This document shows, in pieces, positions 57,506-64,000 of a stretch of 64,000 bases of DNA. Below the pieces are notes generated by a model, which saw only the letters and a list, made by a program, of their open reading frames with translations, ran no database searches and had not been told where the DNA came from. The stretch spans positions 27,084 to 91,083 of the forward strand of contig JACKEH010000003.1 of NCBI GenBank assembly GCA_020633125.1, in the 5' to 3' direction. Source of the stretch: Sandaracinus sp. Its GTDB lineage: Bacteria; Myxococcota_A; Polyangia; Polyangiales; Houyiibacteriaceae. Made by a program: the position numbers and the translations under genes. Within the stretch, counting starts at the first letter, position 1, and every line of letters begins with the position of its first letter.

Positions 57506-57806
57506 TCGCCTCTGCTCGCGGCGGACCTTTCGCGCGCCGAGCTCGGTCCTCGACTCTCACACGGAGTTCACCGTGATCGATTCGGTGGGACGGCTCTTCG
57601 GCGTACGGGCGGGGCTCGTGAGGGACAAGACGTCGGTGCTCGAGGGCCGGTGACAGCACACGCGAAGGTGGCGAGATCTGACCACCGGGCGCGAGTCCGG
57701 GGTGGCGGCCGCCACCTCTTCGCCGCCAATCCGCCGCCACCTCGCTCGTAGGTGCGCGAAATCGTTCGCGCGCGCGCCGGTACGAAAGGTGGAGTGGGTG
57801 GGCGCG

Positions 57807-59216
57807 GTGCATCCGCGGCTCATCACCGAGAACGCGTGCGTCGCGATCACGCGGCGGACGAGCTTTCGTAAGGGCTTCCTCTTTCCTTGGGCGGGGTCGG
57901 GGGATGCGGTCGAGCGAGGTGCGGCGGCGGCGTGGTCGCGCTCGGACGCGACGACGGCGCGATGGGATGCGGTCGGTCAGCTCTTCGCGTACTCGGCGGG
58001 CCTCGCGCAGCGCGCGACCGGTCTCGATTGGCACCAGCTCGTGCTCGTCGGCACGCACCATCACAGCCAAGCCACGCCGCGCGATCGGGAGCTCGCGGAG
58101 AGCACGCGGGTGCTGCATCGAACGATGGCGTGCGCGATCAACGCGCAGCTACGGATGCGCGGCTTCGACGCGCCGGGTTCGGTCTGGGACAAACGGCAGA
58201 CGCATTGGACGACGCTCGTCGACGTGGAGGCGGTCGGGTCGCGGCTCCTCTACGACCACCTCAACTGCGTGCGGGCGGGTTGGGTCGAGCATCCGCTCGA
58301 CGTGCCCATGGGACATCACCTCGGCTTCGAGCTGTGGAAGGCGGGTGGCGTCGCGGTGCCCAAGCCGGACAACCCGTATTTCTCGAAGCGGATGCCGAAG
58401 GAGATCGAGCTTCGGCTCACGCCGCCGATCCCGCTGGTGCGGAAGTTTGGGCGCGATGTCGACGCGATGGTGGCGTGGCTCTCCGAGCTGCGCGAAGTGC
58501 GTCGGAAGGTGCTCATGGCGGCGCGTGTCGGGCTCGTGCGTGGCGTCGCGAAGATGCGGCGCGTGCATCCGTGGGACGAGCCCGACACGGACAAGGAGAC
58601 CATTGGTCGGCGCGTGAAGATCTTCGGCGTCGGTCAGGGTGGACCCGAAGGGGAGCAGACGCGACGCGCGTGCGAGCGCGACGTTCGCGGTCATCGAGAA
58701 GGCCACGCGGCTCGCGTCGTGGCGTGGAAAGACGGCGACCACACGAGTCCCTTTCCTGCGGGCACGTTGCTCGGGCACACGTTCCTCGGGATGCCGCTCG
58801 CGCCCGCGTCGTCGGATGCGGTGCTCGGCACGCGTCACCCGTCGCGCGAGGAAGTCGAAGCCGAGTTGGCCGCGGAGTGGGCGGCGCGGGAGCGCGAGGA
58901 AGAAGAGAACCGTGCGCGTCGACGTGTGCGGGCGGAACGCCGTGCCCGCGCTGCACGAATCGCCGAAGACGACGCGTTCGAGCGTGAGCTCGAGGCGTTG
59001 CAGCAACGCGTGCGTGTGATGGACCCCAACCGAAAGGCCTCGGGGATGGGAGCGCTCCTCGAGCCACTCGCTCCGTCGAACGTCACGCGGCGCGAGCTCG
59101 GCGACGCACGACCCGACGTGGGGGAGAAGGGGCGCGCCATCGTGCTTCGCACCCGTGAGCGACCGAAGCCGCGTCGGCGTCGGCGGCGTCGTCGGAACAA
59201 CGACCCACCCGAGTGA
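57807..59216 (+). CDS. Y1-HUH transposase-like protein (IS200/REP-associated tyrosine transposase fold) with a long C-terminal extension
   Basis: It has an N-terminal …ITRRTSFRKGFLFP segment. The HUH-type motif is LVLVGTHHHS. The segment G.VWDKR…LVDVEAVGSRLLYDHLNCVRAGWVEHP matches the catalytic-Tyr helix layout of Y1 transposases. GTG 57807 is the first start inside the repeated unit; GTGs at 57789 and 57798 lie outside it. Confidence 0.7.
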   Translation: MHPRLITENACVAITRRTSFRKGFLFPWAGSGDAVERGAAAAWSRSDATTARWDAVGQLFAYSAGLAQRATGLDWHQLVLVGTHHHSQATPRDRELAESTRVLHRTMACAINAQLRMRGFDAPGSVWDKRQTHWTTLVDVEAVGSRLLYDHLNCVRAGWVEHPLDVPMGHHLGFELWKAGGVAVPKPDNPYFSKRMPKEIELRLTPPIPLVRKFGRDVDAMVAWLSELREVRRKVLMAARVGLVRGVAKMRRVHPWDEPDTDKETIGRRVKIFGVGQGGPEGEQTRRACERDVRGHREGHAARVVAWKDGDHTSPFPAGTLLGHTFLGMPLAPASSDAVLGTRHPSREEVEAELAAEWAAREREEEENRARRRVRAERRARAARIAEDDAFERELEALQQRVRVMDPNRKASGMGALLEPLAPSNVTRRELGDARPDVGEKGRAIVLRTRERPKPRRRRRRRRNNDPPE

Positions 59217-59426
59217 CTTCAGACCGCCTGAAAAGGCGTCGCGCGGCCCGGAACCAGCCCGAGCCGCGCGTCGGTGTGTCCGTCGTTCGGGCGGGTTTCG
59301 AGGGTGGCGAGAGAATCCGTTCTGAGCGGACCGCCTCCCGCGCGAGAGGTGGTTGACCTCTCACCGACCACGGCGGAACGCCGGTGTGAAACCGGGAGTC
59401 GCCACGTACCTCGTACCGTAGTCGTC
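59217..59426 (+). repeat. 3' module copy M2
   Basis: It contains the stem CGCGCGGC (59240-47) / GCCGCGCG (59263-70), the hairpins GAGAGGT-GGTTG-ACCTCTC, GGCG-GAA-CGCC and CCGG-TGTGAAA-CCGG (59381-95), and the terminal GTACCTCGTACCGTAGTCGTC. Confidence 0.85.
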
Positions 59427-59994
59427 AGGGGAGCAGACGCGGCGCGCCTGCGAGCGCGACGTTCGCGGTCATCGAGAAGGCCACGCGGCTCGCGTCGTGG
59501 CGTGGAAAGACGGCGACCACACGAGCCCCTTTCCGGCGGGCACGTTGCTCGGACACACGTTCCTCGGGATGCCGCTCGCGCCCGCGTCGTCGGATGCGGT
59601 GCTCGGCACGCGTCACCCGTCGCGCGAGGAAGTCGAAGCCGAGTTGGCCGCGGAGTGGGCGGCGCGGGAGCGCGAGGAAGAAGAGAACCGTGCGCGTCGA
59701 CGTGTGCGCAACGAACGCCGTGCCCGCGCTGCACGAATCGCCGAAGACGAAGCTTTCGAGCGTGAGCTCGAGGCGTTGCAGCAACGCGTGCGTGTGATGG
59801 ACCCCAACCGAAAGGCCTCGGGGATGGGAGCGCTCCTCGAGCCACTCGCTCCGTCGAACGTCACGCGGCGCGAGCTCGGCGACGCACGACCCGACGTGGG
59901 GGAGAAGGGGCGCGCCGTCGTGCTTCGCACCCGTGAGCGACCGAAGCCGCGTCGGCGTCGGCGGCGTCGTCGGAACAACGACCCACCCGAGTGA
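59427..59994 (+). pseudogene. 5'-truncated HUH gene copy C (last ~189 codons)
   Basis: It aligns with 58649-59216, with about a dozen substitutions by eye. It starts immediately after the M2 terminal motif. Confidence 0.8.
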
Positions 59995-60236
59995 CTTCAG
60001 ACCGCCTGAAAAGGCGTCGCGCGGCCCGGAACCAGCCCGAGCCGCGCGTCGGTGTGTCCGTCGTTCGGGCGGGTTTCGAGGGTGGCGAGAGAATCCGTTC
60101 TGAGCGGACCGCCTGCCGCGCGAGACGTGGTTGACCTCTCACCGACCACGGCGGAACGCCGGTGTGAAACCGGGAGTCGCCACGTACCTCGTACCGTAGT
60201 CGTCCGCGAGGACACGTACCTCGTACCGTAGTCGTG
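59995..60236 (+). repeat. 3' module copy M3 plus an extra 32-bp solo terminal motif
   Basis: M3 ends at 60204. The sequence CGCGAGGACACGTACCTCGTACCGTAGTCGTG follows at 60205-60236. Confidence 0.85.
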
Positions 60237-60471
60237 CCGGAACAACGACCCACCCGAGTGACTTCAGACCGCCTGAAAAGGCGTCGCGCGGCCCGGAACC
60301 TGCCCGAGCCGCGCGTCGGTGTGTCCGTCGTTCGGGCGGGTTTCGAGGGTGGCGAGAGAATCCGTTCTGAGCGGACCGCCCGCCGTGCGAGACGTGGTTG
60401 ACCTCTCACCGACCTCGGCGGAACGCCGGTGTGAAACCGGGAGTCGCCACGTACCTCGTACCGTAGTCGTG
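60237..60471 (+). repeat. 25-bp gene tail (last 8 codons plus TGA) followed by 3' module copy M4
   Basis: CCGGAACAACGACCCACCCGAGTGA occupies 60237-60261. A full module follows, ending CGTAGTCGTG at 60471. Confidence 0.85.
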
Positions 60472-61515
60472 TCGGGTTCCGTTTGGGACAAACGGCAGAC
60501 GCATTGGAAGACCCTCGTCGACGTCGAGGCGGTCGGGTCGCGGCTCGTGTACGACCACCTCAACTGCGTCGGGGCGGGGTGGGTGGAGCATCCGCTCGAC
60601 GTGCCGATGGGGCATCACCTCGGCTTCGAGCTCTGGAAGGCGGGCGGGGTCGCGGTGCCGAAGCCCGACAATCCGTATTTCTCGAAGCGCATGCCCAAGG
60701 AGATCGAGCTTCGGCTCACGCCGCCCATTCCGCTGGTGCGGAAGTTCGGGGGCGACGTCGACGCCATGGTCGGGTGGCTCTCCGAGGTGCGTGACGCGCG
60801 GTTGAAGGTGCTGGCCGCGGCGCGTGTGGGGCCCGTGCGTGGCGTCGCGAAGATGCGGCGCGTGCATCCGTGGGACGAGCCCGACACCGACAAGGAGACC
60901 ATCGGGCGGCGCGTGAAGGTGTTCGGGGTCGGACAGGGCGGGCCCGAAGGGGAGCAGACGCGACGGGCCTGCGAGCGCGACGTTCGCGGTCATCGTGAAG
61001 GGCACGCGGCTCGCGTCGTGGCGTGGAAGGACGGCGACCACACGAGCCCTTTCCCTCCGGGCACGTTGCTCGGGCACACGTACCTCGGCATGCCGCTCGC
61101 GGCGGCGTCGTCGGATGCGGTGCTCGGGACGCGGCATCCTTCGCGAGAGGAAGTCGAAGCGGAGCTCGCCGCGGAGTGGGCCGCGCGGGAGCGCGAGGAA
61201 GAGACGCGTCGTACGCGTGGACGCATCCGCGCCGAACGCCGAGAGCGCGCCGCGCGAGTCGCCGATGACGAAGCGTTCTCGCGCGAGCTCGAGGCGCTGC
61301 AACAACGCGTGCGTGTGATGGACCCGACGCGAAAGCGCTCGGGCCTCACGGGACTCCTCGAGCCACTCACACCCTCGAAGGTCGTGCGCCGAGAGCTCGG
61401 CGACCAACGACCCGACGTCGAAGAAAAGGGGCGCGCCGTCGTGCTTCGCACGCGTGAGCGCCAAGCGTCGCGGCCGCGTCGTCGGCGCCGTCGGAACAAC
61501 GACCCACCCGAGTGA
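60472..61515 (+). pseudogene. 5'-truncated HUH gene copy D (lacks the HUH motif; starts at ~codon 123)
   Basis: It aligns with 58174-59216 of the full copy with clearly more divergence than copy C. It starts immediately after the M4 terminal motif. The track ORF 60319..61515 reads through from the module. Confidence 0.8.
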
Positions 61516-61854
61516 CCTCAGACCGCCTGAGAAGGCGTCGCGCGGCACGGAACCAGCCCGAGCCGCGCGTCGGTGTATCCGTCGTTTGGTCGGGTTTCGA
61601 GGGTGCCGAGAGAATCCGTTCTCAGCGGACCGCACGCGGCGCGAGACTCGACTGACACCTCACCGACCACGGCGGAACGCCGGGGTGAACCCGGGAGTCG
61701 CCACGTACCTCGTACCGTAGTCGTTCGCGCGGCGCGAGACTCGACTGACACCTCACCGACCACGGCGGAACGCCGGGGTGAACCCGGGAGTCGCCACCTA
61801 CCTCGTACCGTAGTCGTGTGACGTGCGTGCCGCGTACCTAGTACGGTAGTCGTG
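61516..61854 (+). repeat. 3' module copy M5, a 94-bp partial re-duplication, and a variant solo terminal motif
   Basis: M5 ends at 61724. Positions 61725-61818 repeat its last ~94 bp. Positions 61819-61854 end in the variant GTACCTAGTACGGTAGTCGTG. Confidence 0.85.
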
Positions 61855-61925
61855 ACCGAGCCGCGTATCTGTCTTGCGATCTACTGTGCGTCGGTTCAGC
61901 ATTCGCAGGCTCTCGAGGGACAACC

Positions 61926-63692
61926 ATGAACTTCATCGCGAACGAGACGCCTGAGAAACTCCGCGGCGGTTACTACACCGACCCGGCTATCGCAAGCTAC
62001 CTAGCCCGTTGGGCCCTGGCCAAGCCTGCGGCGCACGTCCTGGAGCCTAGCTGCGGCGACGGGGCGTTCCTCACAGCACTCGGATCGCTCCGTTCAGACC
62101 GATTGAAGTCACTCACGGCTTGCGAACTCGTGCCCGCGGAGGCCGCAAAGGCGCGCGAGCGACTACCCAAACGTCGTGGTTGTTCTACCGAGGTGATCTG
62201 CGACGATTTTCTTCGCTGGGCACAAGACGGCCCTGGAATGGTCCCTCGCTTCGACGCGATTGTCGGCAATCCCCCGTTTATCCGCTATCAGTACCTCACG
62301 CCAGAATCCCAGCATCGTGCGGCGGCTATCTTCGCCACACTAGATCTGCCCTTCACGAAACACACAAACGCTTGGGTGCCTTTCGTGTTGGCTTCACTTT
62401 CGCTTCTACGGCCCGGCGGCCGCTTGGCGATGGTGGTTCCCTCCGAGCTGCTACACGTTCTGCATGCGCAGGCGGTCCGAACACACCTCCTTCGGACGTG
62501 TTCACGAGTGGTCGTCCTTGACCCCGAAGACATCTGGTTTCGCGGCACCCTTCAGGGCGTTGTATTGCTCCTCGCCGAGCGCGCTCTCACTCCATCGTCC
62601 GCGGACGTCGCCGTGGTTCGGATACAGGGGAGTCCTTCAAATCTCCCCGAACCAGAAGCACTGTTCGCAAACACACCCGTCGTTCCAGGCAAGACTTTGG
62701 AACGAAAGTGGACACTCGCTCTTCTCGATGACCACGAACGAACGCTTCTAGACGATTTGTCAAATCGCCGGGGATTCTCTCGATTTGGCCAAGTCGCGAA
62801 CGCATCGGTAGGAATCGTTACCGGAGCAAATCAATTCTTCCTTGTACCAGATGCAACAGTCGAAGAATTTGGTCTTGAGCAATTCGCGCACGCGATGTTC
62901 GGGCGCAGCGACCACGTTGACGGTGTTATCTATGACACCGCCCAACATGAACGGAATCGTCGCTCGGGTCGACCAACAAACTTCCTGTGGTTTAGCGACG
63001 AGGATACAAAGAAGACACTGCCATCCGGTGCACTTCGATATATTGAGCGAGGTGAAGTCGACCAACTTCACACCCGGTTCAAGTGTCGAATCAGGTCTCC
63101 CTGGTACGCAGTCCCTTCGGTGTTCACAGCCCCAGTTGGGATGCTCAAGCGGTCGCACGATTTTCCTCGACTTGTTCTCAATAAGGTTGGCGCATTCACT
63201 ACCGACACCGCGTACAGAGTGACACCTAAGAATGGAATCTCAGCCGGCGCGCTAGTCCACACGTTTGTTAACAGTCTCACTGCGCTTTCCGCAGAACTTG
63301 AAGGGCGCCACTATGGGGGAGGCGTGCTGGAACTCGTTCCCTCAGAGATCGCACGTTTGGTGCTCCCACCCGTGGCAGGAAATGGACGTGAACTCAAAGC
63401 TCTCAACAGCGAGATGTCAGAGCGAACGCTGTCAGCAGAGGCCTTGCTTGCCCGTGGAGACGCACGAGTCCTCGCAGAGATACTCCGCCCATCCGAGCGA
63501 GAAGCGTTGGCCGGGGCTTGGACGAGACTACGTCGACGGCGACAAAGGGTAGCTGGTCAACACGAGCCGGATGAAACGGTACGATCACACGATCTCGAGC
63601 GCAAAGTCGGACCTTCCACCAGGCGGAAGCGAGTACAGCCTCAACTCTCTCTTGGTTACGTCGACTTGGGTGCGGAGCACGGCGGTGAATGA
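61926..63692 (+). CDS. N6-adenine DNA methyltransferase (Eco57I/TaqI-like, gamma class) with a C-terminal target-recognition domain
   Basis: Motif I is LEPSCGDGAFL. Motif IV is IVGNPPFIRYQ, with NPPF at 62268-62279. The gene lies in a region of visibly lower G+C. Confidence 0.85.
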   Translation: MNFIANETPEKLRGGYYTDPAIASYLARWALAKPAAHVLEPSCGDGAFLTALGSLRSDRLKSLTACELVPAEAAKARERLPKRRGCSTEVICDDFLRWAQDGPGMVPRFDAIVGNPPFIRYQYLTPESQHRAAAIFATLDLPFTKHTNAWVPFVLASLSLLRPGGRLAMVVPSELLHVLHAQAVRTHLLRTCSRVVVLDPEDIWFRGTLQGVVLLLAERALTPSSADVAVVRIQGSPSNLPEPEALFANTPVVPGKTLERKWTLALLDDHERTLLDDLSNRRGFSRFGQVANASVGIVTGANQFFLVPDATVEEFGLEQFAHAMFGRSDHVDGVIYDTAQHERNRRSGRPTNFLWFSDEDTKKTLPSGALRYIERGEVDQLHTRFKCRIRSPWYAVPSVFTAPVGMLKRSHDFPRLVLNKVGAFTTDTAYRVTPKNGISAGALVHTFVNSLTALSAELEGRHYGGGVLELVPSEIARLVLPPVAGNGRELKALNSEMSERTLSAEALLARGDARVLAEILRPSEREALAGAWTRLRRRRQRVAGQHEPDETVRSHDLERKVGPSTRRKRVQPQLSLGYVDLGAEHGGE

Positions 63693-64000
63693 ACCCCAGC
63701 GAAGGCCGGTGGTATAGTTCTGTTGTCCCGCATGTCCATCTGGTCGATGGCTTAAGGTCAGCGAGTGGATCCCGTATTGGTGACCCAGAATCGCAACCTG
63801 GAAGTTGCCCGATGCTTCCTCATGACCGTCGGACTGTGTCGACCAGATAAGGTTGCCGAACACTTGGTAGCGGAAGAACTTCGTTTGGTCGATCGGGTAG
63901 CCCGCCTTCATCAGGCGAAGATCACCAGTGGGGTGACCGGTCTGCCTTTGAGCGTCGGTTCGTGAGAGAGTCTTCTTCCAGACCGGTACAGGAGGAATTG
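63585..64000 (-). CDS. Restriction-endonuclease-like protein, C-terminal part only (B3/EcoRII-N-like DNA-binding domain suspected)
   Basis: The frame of ORF 63585..63911 stays open upstream to the window end (…IPPVPVWKKTLSRTDAQRQTGHPTGDLRLMKAGYPIDQ…). The WKKxLxxxD…L.L pattern resembles B3-like domains. The gene is convergent with the methyltransferase gene and overlaps its 3' end by 108 nt. Confidence 0.45.
   Translation of the reverse strand, partial: IPPVPVWKKTLSRTDAQRQTGHPTGDLRLMKAGYPIDQTKFFRYQVFGNLIWSTQSDGHEEASGNFQVAILGHQYGIHSLTLSHRPDGHAGQQNYTTGLRWGSFTAVLRTQVDVTKRELRLYSLPPGGRSDFALEIV

Larger units (their letters stand above)
56296..61854 (+). mobile_element. Nest of Y1-HUH (IS200/RAYT-like) element copies, interrupted once by a lipoprotein gene
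   Basis: Self-similarity was read directly from the sequence. There are 4 gene copies or fragments plus a 25-bp gene tail. Five ~205-bp 3' modules follow them, along with extra solo terminal motifs. See the individual entries. Confidence 0.75.

Overview
The window is about 70% G+C and looks like a myxobacterial chromosome segment. Supporting signs are a MYXO-CTERM-type sorting tail on the metzincin at 51961-52845, many lipobox lipoproteins, and dense sigma-54 and two-component signalling genes. All calls come from reading the sequence and the ORF track; no database search was possible. Most long Arg/Pro/Ser-rich ORFs in the track are antisense or off-frame shadows, so many starts were moved to internal ATG/GTG codons that show signal peptides, RBSs or ATGA/GTGA stop-start coupling. 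About 55 credible CDS are listed. They include an RCC1-like lipoprotein, an EamA transporter, an Lrp regulator, two metzincins, hydrolases, a TPMT-like methyltransferase, a NarL-type two-component pair, a PP2C phosphatase, an MDR oxidoreductase, an ABC exporter, a DAG-kinase-like lipid kinase and a 9-kb signalling cluster. The most unusual content is as follows. (1) At 56.3-61.9 kb there is a head-to-tail nest of a Y1-HUH (IS200/RAYT-like) gene. It has one full copy, one internal-deletion copy and three copies with identical 3' ends but different 5' truncations. Each copy is followed by a ~205-bp hairpin-rich module ending in GTACCTCGTACCGTAGTCGT. (2) The nest abuts a lower-GC island carrying an N6-adenine methyltransferase and a convergent nuclease-like gene. 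(3) A frameshifted MoxR-type AAA+ gene lies downstream of a ~1626-aa HEAT/HExxH/vWA giant. (4) A family of intergenic (GGAGAC)n microsatellites and double-hairpin minisatellites occurs at six loci, including a 2-kb gene-free region. (5) Several operons of unknown small proteins are present. No rRNA, intact tRNA or CRISPR array was found.
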